Translations under genes and position numbers: made by a program
In this document: positions 9,201 to 16,838 of the stretch, piece after piece
Position numbering within the stretch: position 1 is the first letter of the stretch
How the letters are laid out: each line of letters opens with the position of its first letter
Notes under the pieces: generated by a model
What the model saw: only the letters and a program-made list of their open reading frames with translations
What the model was told of the DNA's origin: nothing
Database searches by the model: none
NCBI GenBank assembly: GCA_016190305.1
Contig: JACPQU010000121.1
Span: forward strand, 1-44,959
Direction: 5' to 3'
Origin: Bacillota bacterium
Lineage (GTDB): Bacteria > Bacillota > JACPQU01
Length of the DNA stretch: 44,959 bases

Positions 9201-11810
9201 GGCCCGCCCGTAGCGCCCGCCGATGATCTCCTCCAAGGCCCTGGAGATCACGTGGATGGACACCGGGGCCTCGTGTACCCGGTCGGCCACATGTTGCACC
9301 CGGTGGCTGTAACCCCTCGTCCGGAGACCGGCTTCGTTCTCAAACAGGTATCGATCACCCTGGGCCAGGTAAACCGGGACTGCCCCGGGAACCAGGGCCA
9401 GCTCGTGAAGCTGGGTCCAAAAGGAGGCCACGAGGACGTCGCATAAACCGCAAAACTCGGCCAAGCCGGTGGAAAGGGGCACCTGGAAGAACTCCCCCTT
9501 CAAGGGAAACCACCGGGGGCTACCGAAATGGGAGAGCACCCTGACCGAATGCCCTTTCTCCTGAAGGCGGTTGACGTGCTCGAAGAGGACCCTGGCCCCG
9601 CCGGTGAGACCGGTCCCTCCGACCAGGCAGGCCACCTGGAGGGAAAGACCCAGCCGGAGAGCCGTTTCTACCTTGCGGGCCCGCCAGATTTCCAGCGAAA
9701 ACGGGTTAAAGAGGCGCCGGTCGGCTTCACTCGCGCATCCGGCCGCTTCTTCCGAAACCAGTCTTATACTGACCATGGCGGCCTTGTCGTCCGGGTTCCA
9801 GGCCAGGGCCCTCCGGTAGAACACCTCCGCGTCTTGGAGTTCACCCAGGATCACCCTGGCATCCCCCAGGGCCACCAGGACCCGGGCCAGGCCCCATCCC
9901 CCTCCGAAGGATACCCGGAAGCCAGGGCCGCCGGCGCTATGTGACCTGCAGTTCTCCTCGATCATCCCGGCCGCTTTCTCCAGCGCTCCGGCCGCTTCCC
10001 GCGTTCTTCCGCAGGCCAGGAGAGCCAGCCCCAGGTTATAGTGGAAGCCTGGTTCCTTTTCGGTATCTTCATGCCCGGCCAGGCTGGTCAAGCTCTCCAG
10101 GGCATCCCCAGCCCGGCCGTCCAGAAGCCCGGCTGCCGCCTTCTCAATTTCTTGATCCGCCGGGCTCATGGCCGACCACCGTTCTTCCTGAGCGAGGATT
10201 TCCCGGGAAAGGAGGATGTCCCCCAGCCTGGAGGCCACCTCGTTGATCTCCTCCCCGGCCATTCCCTGATCTCCGCTTACCCGCGAGTGGCCGCCTGCTT
10301 CCGCTTCACCGCCGCTTGTAACCGGACCGCCGGCCTCTTCCACGTTGCAGGCGGCACCGGCCCCGGCGATTTCGGCAAATTCAACGACCTCTGCAACCTC
10401 AACAGCCTCAGCAAATTCAGGGACCTCGGCGACCTCTCCGCTCTCCTTCTTGGTTGGAACCTCTCCGGGATCGCCGGCTTCCCCGAACTTTTCGGTTCCT
10501 CCAGCCAATTCGGTTTCTCCGGCCTCTCCAGCCTCCCCGGTCTCTCCGGCCGCTCCGCTCTCTTTCTCCTTGTCTGCCTTCCCCGCTTCGCCGGCTTGCC
10601 CGGAACTCCGGAGCGCTTCCCCGATCAATCCATCCATCGCCTCCCATCGTGCCTGCCAGGAATTTCGCTCCGCGAAGGCCCTCCGCTTGCCGCAGGCATC
10701 TTCTCCATCTTCCCGGATGGCCCTCTCCGCAGCTTCAATGAAACCTTCAACCCCCTCAGCGGAGTACCACAACGGTGTCCTCACACCCAGGTCCGGGATC
10801 CCGGAGATGATCACCGGCTTCCCGCAAGCCAGATACTCGTACAGCTTGATGGGGTCCGCCGCCCCGCTCAGGCGACCGCCCTTGAAAGGGATGGTCGCCA
10901 CGTCGAAGGCTCCGATATATGAAGGGAGTTCCTCGTGGGGTTTGCGGCCCAGCCAGGCAACGTTCCCCGGGAAATGCCCCTGGGGAAGAGGGACCAACAG
11001 GGGACCGACGACAGCGATGCTCCAGTCCGGCCGGGCGAGGGCGACCTGCCGGATCATGTCCAGATCCACCCAAGAGGCGACAGCTCCTGCGAAACCGATT
11101 ACCGGCGGCTTGAGGGACCTCATGTCGGCGGGGGCTAAGGCCCCTGGAACAAACTGGGCCGGGTCCACGCCGTTGGCGACCAGGTGCACATGCGGGTTAA
11201 AAGGGGCCTTCTCCAGCCGCAATCTCTCCGAGGTGGTGATCACCAGGTCCGACTCGCGCAGAATGATCTGCTCCGTGCGCTCCGCCGCCTCCTGGTACTC
11301 CGGAGGGAAGAATTGGGCCAGGTCGTCCACGCAGTCGAAAACCGTCGCCCGGCTGCCCAGCTTTCCTATGCAGTTCCACCATCCCAGCCAGTAGATCACG
11401 GTGACGTGATTCCGCCAGCCCAGACGGGCCAGGACCTCGCGGAGGAAAGAAATGGTCAAATCGTAGATCCCCGTGGAGAGATCGGGCAGTTCCATCTTCA
11501 CCTGCCGCACCGGGTCCAGGACGCGAAGGTTCGGCCCAACCCGGAGGAGGAACCGATCCAGACCTTCTCCCGCCAGGGCCGACTTCAACTTGTCCCAGGC
11601 CCGGTCCGCCCCGATCATGCCGGCGCGCTCCCGCCCGGCGTCTTCCACGTTAAAGGGCGCAGGCGTGGAGTTCACGTACAGCACAGGGTGGCCCGAGGCG
11701 GCGAAAAGGGACATCAACTGCTGGGGGCGCTGCCACAGGTCATTCCAGTCGATCGAGCCCAGGCAGATCACCTCGTAGGGGTATTCGACCCGCTGCTTCT
11801 TTCTTGCCAC
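6243..11810 (-). CDS. 1855-aa multidomain protein: GT-B glycosyltransferase, acidic repeat linker, TPR, GT1/GT4 glycosyltransferase, GT2 (GT-A) glycosyltransferase, long TPR array. Putative flagellin glycosylation enzyme.
   Basis: One uninterrupted ORF. GTG start with AAAGGGGTG upstream; the stop is 6 nt before fliD. Approximate domains by motif: aa 13-400 (nt 11774-10610) VICLGSIDWNDLWQRPQQL...FDCVDDL; aa 735-1085 (nt 9605-8555) ...SYYESFCLPVAEAMACGTAVITT..EYVRDGVNGLVV (GT1 EX7E region); from about aa 1142 (nt 8385 downward) LSLCMIVRDEEDNLPRCLD..IIVVDTGSADRT..LFLDADEEL (GT2 DxD). The GT2 domain is followed by many TPR-like repeats. Confidence 0.9.
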   Translation of the reverse strand: MARKKQRVEYPYEVICLGSIDWNDLWQRPQQLMSLFAASGHPVLYVNSTPAPFNVEDAGRERAGMIGADRAWDKLKSALAGEGLDRFLLRVGPNLRVLDPVRQVKMELPDLSTGIYDLTISFLREVLARLGWRNHVTVIYWLGWWNCIGKLGSRATVFDCVDDLAQFFPPEYQEAAERTEQIILRESDLVITTSERLRLEKAPFNPHVHLVANGVDPAQFVPGALAPADMRSLKPPVIGFAGAVASWVDLDMIRQVALARPDWSIAVVGPLLVPLPQGHFPGNVAWLGRKPHEELPSYIGAFDVATIPFKGGRLSGAADPIKLYEYLACGKPVIISGIPDLGVRTPLWYSAEGVEGFIEAAERAIREDGEDACGKRRAFAERNSWQARWEAMDGLIGEALRSSGQAGEAGKADKEKESGAAGETGEAGEAGETELAGGTEKFGEAGDPGEVPTKKESGEVAEVPEFAEAVEVAEVVEFAEIAGAGAACNVEEAGGPVTSGGEAEAGGHSRVSGDQGMAGEEINEVASRLGDILLSREILAQEERWSAMSPADQEIEKAAAGLLDGRAGDALESLTSLAGHEDTEKEPGFHYNLGLALLACGRTREAAGALEKAAGMIEENCRSHSAGGPGFRVSFGGGWGLARVLVALGDARVILGELQDAEVFYRRALAWNPDDKAAMVSIRLVSEEAAGCASEADRRLFNPFSLEIWRARKVETALRLGLSLQVACLVGGTGLTGGARVLFEHVNRLQEKGHSVRVLSHFGSPRWFPLKGEFFQVPLSTGLAEFCGLCDVLVASFWTQLHELALVPGAVPVYLAQGDRYLFENEAGLRTRGYSHRVQHVADRVHEAPVSIHVISRALEEIIGGRYGRAAVNLGSAIDHDHFYPRPKVRRSRPRVLLVARAEFPFKGVQEAFQALETAAASGEQFEVVWVTPSRPDRLPALPFPLRVAVNPDPGELGGLYRSADILVSASYYESFCLPVAEAMACGTAVITTATPGVSEYVRDGVNGLVVPVRDVPAMSEALRRLLSNGALRNRLAQAAPGSVAAYRWDRVVDRLERALWEEVMGPRPWCWTQRPGAYREDPRVSADAGASLALSAMPPVRTGMSPAGIRMPAAGAGTSGTDGGRPLAATGVPRTKSDPARPALSLCMIVRDEEDNLPRCLDRVMGVVDEIIVVDTGSADRTVETAERYGAKVYRIPWHGDFSSARNASLSKASGDWILFLDADEELVGEDHFRLRDLLYDEGLEGHYLNEINFIGETPGAEAVINATFRLFRNRLEYRFRGTLHEQIVPSVQQNGGRIGFSTVRINHYGYLNRPTREKAKIQRNLEILKAQEKRQPRDSFLHFNLGVEYTRLGEAEVALRHYQQSFKYLGSLDMAYASLLVRNIALCLRSLGRYQEALSVLADGVKAYPAYTDLYYLRALVFQNLNSYTEAEKTFRECLSLGEAPLNYVTQRGVGTFRAWHGLGECCEALGDAPYACRAYTQALRAEPNWTWALIRLTRLLLAGSRVEEVLAFLERLVPGPNPAFFTELALVLAGEGYAEEALDCTERARRDCSAAGRWAEGASGSRLRLVRGHVYTLMGRYAEGSAEFTSVPSSSPGFAEALVGKGLCEMLSGRRDLARRSLLMAEEEGNGPEAEAYLVLVEILERGDFQVASASNGEGQIGGEDLSGSKESLNGARQGVTKGKVGGSQIRETAEPGIREAVWGVLERLLILKEFDVFGCALRLLTVFGVPDEERNLRLGKIYGRHGYRESAAEELLKALESGSYDGEACALLAEIAAERGFHEEAADFWRRALELQPDHAPYYASLAACLTEAERRIEALEVLKEGIRRAPHADLLVGAHEALEAGIGGKG
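10340..10620 (-). repeat. Low-complexity acidic Glu/Ala/Gly/Val repeat linker inside the glycosyltransferase megaprotein (approximate bounds)
   Basis: Encodes GEAGKADKEKESGAAGETGEAGEAGETELAGGTEKFGEAGDPGEV..EVAEVPEFAEAVEVAEVVEFAEIAG. Imperfect nucleotide repeats are visible. Confidence 0.7.
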
Positions 11811-11898
11811 CTGGAACCACCCCTTTCCGGTTTTAACTTCAGAAATTCATCCGGCTTCCGGCTTCTTCCAGCTTCGATATTATTGATTCTGATAAGGA

Positions 11899-11937
11899 GG
11901 GCCGATCCCGGGAACCTAGCTCTCCCGAGACCGGCCC
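11899..11937 (-). terminator. Stem-loop downstream of flagellin (candidate intrinsic terminator)
   Basis: Minus strand reads GGGCCGGTCTCGGGA-GAGCTAGGT-TCCCGGGATCGGCCC: a 15-bp stem with two G-U pairs and a 9-nt loop. It lies about 80 nt after the fliC stop. The following tract (TCCTTATCAGAATC) is only weakly U-rich. Confidence 0.5.
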
Positions 11938-12016
11938 GTGGCTGGGGACTAACCCTATAATTGACTCTGGAGTGCTCGCTTCACCTATCCCTGAACTTCG
12001 GGCCGAACCATCCGTT

Positions 12017-12841
12017 TTAGCTCAAGAGCTTGAGGACGGATTGGGGCGTTACGTTGGCCTGCGCGAGAACCGAGGTGCCGGCCTGCTGCAGGATCTGCAG
12101 TTTGGTGAAGTTGACCATCTCCATCGCCATATCCACGTCGCGGATCCGCGATTCGGACGCCTGGAGGTTCTCCGACGCCGTGCCCAGATTGGCGATGGTA
12201 TGCTCGAGGCGGTTCTGAATGGCTCCCAGGCCTGCCCGGATATTGGAGACCTCGGTGATGGCGGAATCGAGGCTGGCCACCGCGTCGTTGGCCAGACTGG
12301 TGCTGCCGACGCTGATCCCGGTGATGGTCAGAGCCGCCGCCGTGGCGGTGGCGATGGTGACCGCGATGGTCTGGCCGGTATTGGCCCCGACCTGGAAGTT
12401 GAGCGCGGTCGTGGCCGCGGAACCGTCGAGCAGGTTTCTGCTGTTGAACTGGGTGCTGCTGGCGATCCGATTGACCTCCGATAGAAGGCTGTCAATCTCC
12501 TTTTGGATGGAGGACCGGTCGCCCGCCGTAAGGGTATCGTTGGCGGCCTGCACCGCCAGTTCGCGCATCCTCTGGAGGATGTTGTTCGTCTCGTAGAGGG
12601 CGCCTTCCGCCGTCTGAAGCAGCGAGATCCCGTCCTGAGCGTTGCGCACCGCCTGTCCGATCCCGCGCACCTGGCTCCTCAGCTTTTCCGAGATGGCCAG
12701 GCCCGCGGCGTCATCCGAAGCCTTGTTGATCCGGAGGCCCGAGGAGAGCCTCTCCATCGATTTGCTCAGCCGGCTGCTGTTGACCAAGAGGCTTCGATGG
12801 GCGTTAACCGCTTCGATGTTGCTGTTGATCCGGAAACCCAT
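12017..12841 (-). CDS. fliC: Flagellin (short, 274 aa)
   Basis: MGFRINSNIEAVNAHRSL..LSSGLRINKASDDAAGLAISEKLRSQVRGIGQAVRNAQDGISLLQTAEGAL at the N-terminus. SRIRDVDMAMEMVNFTKLQILQQAGTSVLAQAN at the C-terminus. Strong SD (AGGAGAGGAGGAG). Confidence 0.97.
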   Translation of the reverse strand: MGFRINSNIEAVNAHRSLLVNSSRLSKSMERLSSGLRINKASDDAAGLAISEKLRSQVRGIGQAVRNAQDGISLLQTAEGALYETNNILQRMRELAVQAANDTLTAGDRSSIQKEIDSLLSEVNRIASSTQFNSRNLLDGSAATTALNFQVGANTGQTIAVTIATATAAALTITGISVGSTSLANDAVASLDSAITEVSNIRAGLGAIQNRLEHTIANLGTASENLQASESRIRDVDMAMEMVNFTKLQILQQAGTSVLAQANVTPQSVLKLLS

Positions 12842-13083
12842 TTCCTTCTCCTCCTCTCCTTGAACTTCGCCCGGTCTCTCCGGGCCGGATTTTCCTGTGG
12901 TGGACGGCCGGCCGAACCGTCCATCCGTAACGGCCGTGTTCCACGGTACCGCCGTCTAATCAGATCATCGACAATCGGGGGGTGATTGTTTAGGGACGGA
13001 TTCGCTGAGCCACCCCCTCCCGGATCGAAGCAGCCAGACCCTTGATCCTGTAAAGTTCCTATACGTATTATTAGATTTACATT

Positions 13084-13111
13084 AGATCGGATCATTAACA
13101 CTTGACATTTA
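13084..13111 (-). promoter_or_regulatory. Candidate sigma-28 (FliA/SigD) promoter for flagellin
   Basis: Minus strand TAAA (13111-13108), 16-nt spacer, TCCGATCT (13091-13084). Same architecture as the flgM candidate at 16811-16838. Consensus remembered as TAAA-N15-GCCGATAA. Confidence 0.5.
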
Positions 13112-13153
13112 TGCTTGATATTTTGTAGGCTTGGCACATATTGGCGAATAAAT

Positions 13154-13176
13154 CCATCCGGCCGAAGGCGGGCTGG
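13154..13176 (-). terminator. Possible intrinsic terminator ending the flgM-flgL transcript
   Basis: Minus strand CCAGCCCGCC-TTCG-GCCGGATGG (10-bp stem with two mismatches, UUCG loop) followed by ATTTATTCG. It lies just upstream of the flagellin promoter candidate. Confidence 0.35.
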
Positions 13177-13506
13177 AGATTTCGGGAGGTAATACGGGGA
13201 TAACCAAGGGGAGAGGTTGACCCTTATGAGAATGTGATAGCGAGGTAGAGGGTTCAGGTTATACCAACTCTAAGGATGCTGTTCCATTTTGGGCACATTT
13301 ACACTGACTTTAATAACCAGTGGGAAAATCGAAACGTAAGACTTAGATTGAGCCCTTGACCTCGAACAAGAAAACAAAGAGGGGAGAAGGTAGTCTTGAT
13401 GGAGCGTTGCAAAACCAGAAGTTTCAATAGAAATTGAATCAAACCGAGACCTGAATACAACACCTATCAATCAATAATGATAAATTGGAATGGACGCTGC
13501 CACAGT

Positions 13507-14391
13507 TCAAGCAAGAAAATCAAGAAGACTCATGTCCATGATCCTGGATGCGGCACCCAGGGCGGCTCGGTAGGAGTTTTGCTCGGCCTGGAACTCAACC
13601 AGGACCTCCGCCAGGTCCACATCTTGAATCTTGCTCAGGAGCATCTTGTAACCGGCCTGGAGATCCTCAAGCCGATCACCCGTTCTCTCCAGCCGGTTCA
13701 ACCGGGCGCCCAGTTCGATCCTTGATTCCACCACCCTGTCCAGGGCGGCGTCGAGATCCCCCAGGGCGCCCTGGATCTCTCCCAAGCCGTCATTCCGCAG
13801 GGCCGCCTCCAGCCTGGAGACGGCTTCTAAGGCAGGCGAGAGGGCCCGGTCCCCGGTGACGTTCACCATGATAGTTCGGCCGCTCCCGATGGGCCTGGCG
13901 ATCCCGTCGCCGTCCCCTTCGTAGCTCGCCTCCCGCGGGTCGGTACCGGTCTGGACGAAGGGCGGAGCGGTGGTGCGGCGGCCCCCGAAGAGATAACGTC
14001 CCAGCAATTCCTGGTTACCCGTCTCCAGCAGCCCTGAGAAGATCTCTCGGGCTTCCGCCGCCATATTCCGGCGGTCGCCCGCCGCGATCGTATCGTTGGC
14101 ACCCTGAACGGCCAGCTCCCGCGCCCTCTGAAGAAGGTCCGCCGCTCCCGACAAGGCCTGCTCGGTGCTTTCCATCCAGTTCCGGGCCTCGGCGATCAAG
14201 ACCAGGTGCCTCTCGCCGGCCGCGATGTTCGAGGACAGGCGCATCCCCTCCGCCACCGCCATCGGATCGTCGGAGGGCTTGGTCAGCCGGCTGCCGGAGG
14301 CCAGGCGGTCCTGGAGCTCGGCCAGGCGTTGCCGCCCCCGCGACAGGTCCCCGATCAACCGGTCATTGATCATCCCCTGGGTGATCCGCAT
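13507..14391 (-). CDS. flgL: Flagellar hook-associated protein 3, FlgL
   Basis: MRITQGMINDRLIGDLSRGRQRLAELQDRLASGSRLTKPSDDP, a flagellin-like N-terminus. C-terminus DVDLAEVLVEFQAEQNSYRAAL. Follows flgK. Confidence 0.93.
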   Translation of the reverse strand: MRITQGMINDRLIGDLSRGRQRLAELQDRLASGSRLTKPSDDPMAVAEGMRLSSNIAAGERHLVLIAEARNWMESTEQALSGAADLLQRARELAVQGANDTIAAGDRRNMAAEAREIFSGLLETGNQELLGRYLFGGRRTTAPPFVQTGTDPREASYEGDGDGIARPIGSGRTIMVNVTGDRALSPALEAVSRLEAALRNDGLGEIQGALGDLDAALDRVVESRIELGARLNRLERTGDRLEDLQAGYKMLLSKIQDVDLAEVLVEFQAEQNSYRAALGAASRIMDMSLLDFLA

Positions 14392-14428
14392 CAGGTAACC
14401 CCCCCTTCGCTGGAAAAACCGGCCGCGT

Positions 14429-15814
14429 CTACCGTCCGGCCACGCCCAGCCTGTTGATCACCGTCTCCAGCATCTCGTCGATGACCGTGACCACTCGCGC
14501 CGCCGCCTCGTAGGCCCGCTGGTAACGGATAATCAAGGCCATCTCCTCGTCGATGTTCACTTCGGAGACGCTCCGCCTTTGCCCGTCGATCTGCCGGACG
14601 AGGAGCCTCCTGGTCTCGGAAAGCTCCCTGGCCTCCTGGGACTGGAGGCCGATCCCGCCCACCATCTTGCGGAGGTGCTCCTCAGGGGAGACTCCACCGA
14701 CCACGGGCGCACCCCGCAGCTCAGCCAGGACGACGGCATTGGAACCGTCCCCGGCCGCCGGAGCTGAAGCGGCGGCGATCCTTCTCCCGGCCCCCCGGAC
14801 CCCCGGGTCGAGGCTGAAGAGGGGGCTGCCGGCGGCAGGATCAAAGAAATCCCCGCCCGGCAACCCATCCTGGTCATAACCCGACCGGTGCCGGCCGTTG
14901 AAGGAGGCGGCGGTTTCCCGGGCCAGGGATTCCATGTCTTGAATGGCTGCCGGGATCAGGGCGTCACGGAGATCAAGCAGCGCGGCAAGCCGCCCGCCGC
15001 GGGCATCCAGGGCCGGCCCATCCACCCAGGATAAAACGGCCATCCCCTCGTCGTCAGGGTCTGAATCGACCTCCAACAGCTTCAAACCATAGGGAGACAG
15101 GAACATATTGTTCCCCACCCAGACCGAGACGGTATCGTCCGGCCCCTGGCGGACTTCCACGGTGGCGAGGGACGAAAGCTCGTCCAGCAAGCGGTCCCGC
15201 AGATCAAGAAGGTCGTTCACCTCGCCGCCGGCAGCGGAGAGGATCCGGATCTGCTGTTGAAGATCATTCACCTTTTTCCCAATACCGTTCAACCTGGAGG
15301 CCTGGCCCCGGACCTCAAGATCCAGATCCTGCCGGAGTTCCACCAGTTGCCCGCGAACCATGCCCATGATTTCTCCCACCGCCTCCGCCCGTTCGAGGAC
15401 CAGCGCGCGGTGGGCTTCGCTCTCGGGGTTGGCGGCCAACTCCAGGAGCGAGGACCAGAAGGCGTCCATGGCGCTCCGCAACCCGGACTCGGACGGCTCA
15501 CCGAAGATGATCTCCGCCTTCTGGAGAATCCCCTCCCTGGCCTCCCACTCGGCCAGCCGGGTGTTTTCCTTCCGGTACTGGGCGTCAAGGAACTGGTCCC
15601 GCACCCTCCGGATGGCATCGATCTCCACCCCGGCGCCCACCGGCTCCAGCACGCTCGTGCTCCCCGCCAGGGAAATCGGGGACATCGTCACCGTACGCCT
15701 GGAGTAGCCCGGTGTGGTCGCATTGGCCAGGTTGTGGGCCGCAACTTCGATCGCTTTGCGCTGAGCGTCCAGGCCCCTTCTTGCGATCTCCAGGCCGAAA
15801 AATCCACCGCCCAA
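14429..15814 (-). CDS. flgK: Flagellar hook-associated protein 1, FlgK
   Basis: FGLEIARRGLDAQRKAIEVAAHNLANATTPGYSRR (rod/hook N-terminal motif). C-terminus EEMALIIRYQRAYEAAARVVTVIDEMLETVI. TTG start with AGGAG 10 nt upstream. Confidence 0.95.
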   Translation of the reverse strand: MGGGFFGLEIARRGLDAQRKAIEVAAHNLANATTPGYSRRTVTMSPISLAGSTSVLEPVGAGVEIDAIRRVRDQFLDAQYRKENTRLAEWEAREGILQKAEIIFGEPSESGLRSAMDAFWSSLLELAANPESEAHRALVLERAEAVGEIMGMVRGQLVELRQDLDLEVRGQASRLNGIGKKVNDLQQQIRILSAAGGEVNDLLDLRDRLLDELSSLATVEVRQGPDDTVSVWVGNNMFLSPYGLKLLEVDSDPDDEGMAVLSWVDGPALDARGGRLAALLDLRDALIPAAIQDMESLARETAASFNGRHRSGYDQDGLPGGDFFDPAAGSPLFSLDPGVRGAGRRIAAASAPAAGDGSNAVVLAELRGAPVVGGVSPEEHLRKMVGGIGLQSQEARELSETRRLLVRQIDGQRRSVSEVNIDEEMALIIRYQRAYEAAARVVTVIDEMLETVINRLGVAGR

Positions 15815-15973
15815 GGAATCTTCACTCCTAAAACACGCTGATCACGTATCCAAAATTGCCGGATCAACGTGGTGTCAAGTTGGTTAATCGATTAAGGTGG
15901 ATCTTAAGATCTTAACGCGGCGGGACATGTCCAACTCCAGGCTCCCCGTCACCCGCCGCGCCGCACCACTGAA

Positions 15974-16420
15974 CTAGGCCAGACGGTTCACCCGGGCCGC
16001 CCCAACCGCCGAAAACCGGTTTCGGACGGGCCCGAAGTCCGAAGCACTCTCCGCAACCCCCGGGTGCGAGTAGCCTGGCGACATGAACGGAGCCAGGAAA
16101 CTGCGGAGGGTCCTGGAACGGGACAGCCCCCGGGAAACCAGCCAGTGGTTGGCGGCGTTGGCCGCGGTCAAGGTATCGATGATCCCGTCGTCCTCCGTCT
16201 CCCGGTCGCTGTCCTCCGCTTCCCCGCTTTCCGGAAGCGTTCCCCATCCAGTCCCGATCGCGGTCATCTTCAGATCTTCGAGGCGGACGGCCAGGGTCTC
16301 GATCTCCCTTTCCATGATCAAAGGGTCCTCCCCGGCCAGGATCCGCCGGAGTTCCCCGGCGACGGCGGCCAGGCGAGCCAGAACCTCAACCCCTGCGCCC
16401 GGTTGGGGACCGGCCATCAT
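15974..16420 (-). CDS. FlgN-like flagellar chaperone (by position and helical N-terminus)
   Basis: ATGA start/stop overlap with flgM, and it lies between flgM and flgK as in Bacillus flgM-yvyG-flgK. Sequence similarity to FlgN is not verifiable by eye. Confidence 0.5.
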   Translation of the reverse strand: MMAGPQPGAGVEVLARLAAVAGELRRILAGEDPLIMEREIETLAVRLEDLKMTAIGTGWGTLPESGEAEDSDRETEDDGIIDTLTAANAANHWLVSRGLSRSRTLRSFLAPFMSPGYSHPGVAESASDFGPVRNRFSAVGAARVNRLA

Positions 16421-16761
16421 TCGGTCACCCGGTCGGCCAGGGTGCGCCCCATGATTTTTTCCGCCACCTCCGCGGGGTCCACATTGTACCGCCCCTCGGC
16501 GATGGCCCGCTTGAGGGATTCGACCTTTTCCGCCCGGACCTCCGGAAGATGTTCCAGGACCTCATGGAGCCGGTCCACCTCGCGGGCCTGCGCGGAAACC
16601 TCGAGGATATCCATATCCAGTCTCCCGCCCTGAGGGGCCCCCACCCGGGAGCCGGCCCCACGTTCCTTGTTTACCTCCCCGGTCCTTCCGGCGCCGGCCT
16701 GTCCCGGCCTGGCCCCAGGGTTCTGGAGGAGGTTCAAGATCTGTTGCTTTGAGATGATCAC
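16417..16761 (-). CDS. flgM: Anti-sigma-28 factor FlgM
   Basis: C-terminal VRAEKVESLKRAIAEGRYNVDPAEVAEKI is the FlgM signature. GTG start with GGAGG 9 nt upstream. Confidence 0.9.
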   Translation of the reverse strand: MIISKQQILNLLQNPGARPGQAGAGRTGEVNKERGAGSRVGAPQGGRLDMDILEVSAQAREVDRLHEVLEHLPEVRAEKVESLKRAIAEGRYNVDPAEVAEKIMGRTLADRVTE

Positions 16762-16810
16762 GAGACTTCGCCTCCACGAAGGCCGCCGTGACTTTTTCCC
16801 TACATATTTA

Positions 16811-16838
16811 ATATCGGTCAGGCGGCTTCCAGTCTTTA
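16811..16838 (-). promoter_or_regulatory. Candidate sigma-28 promoter for flgM-flgN-flgK-flgL
   Basis: Minus strand TAAA (16838-16835), 16-nt spacer, ACCGATAT (16818-16811). Lies in the 99-bp gap between the rod gene stop and the flgM start. Confidence 0.6.

Noticed and set aside
11891-11910. + strand AAGGAGG followed by GCCGATCC
   Set aside because: No ORF follows on the + strand. The bases form one arm of the flagellin terminator hairpin.
12955-12990. Second sigma-28-like box in the flagellin leader (TAAA...CCGATTGT)
   Set aside because: The spacer between TAAA and CCGAT is only ~10 nt, far from the 15-16 nt required.
13399-13437. 12-aa + strand mini-ORF (MERCKTRSFNRN) with a GGGGAGAAGG SD-like box
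   Set aside because: It is too short and isolated to support without expression or conservation data. The SD-like box is expected by chance on a purine-rich strand.
13270-13470. 66-aa minus-strand ORF as candidate csrA/fliW remnant
   Set aside because: It has no SD and shows no similarity to the CsrA core (MLVLTRK..GE.I.IGD) or to FliW. The sequence is pyrimidine-rich, low complexity, and sits in AT-rich DNA.
13170-13500. CsrB/RsmZ-like GGA-rich sponge RNA on the + strand
   Set aside because: I counted about 10 GGA motifs in ~330 nt. For this purine-rich composition roughly 6-7 are expected by chance, so there is no convincing enrichment, and the motifs are not regularly placed in hairpin loops.
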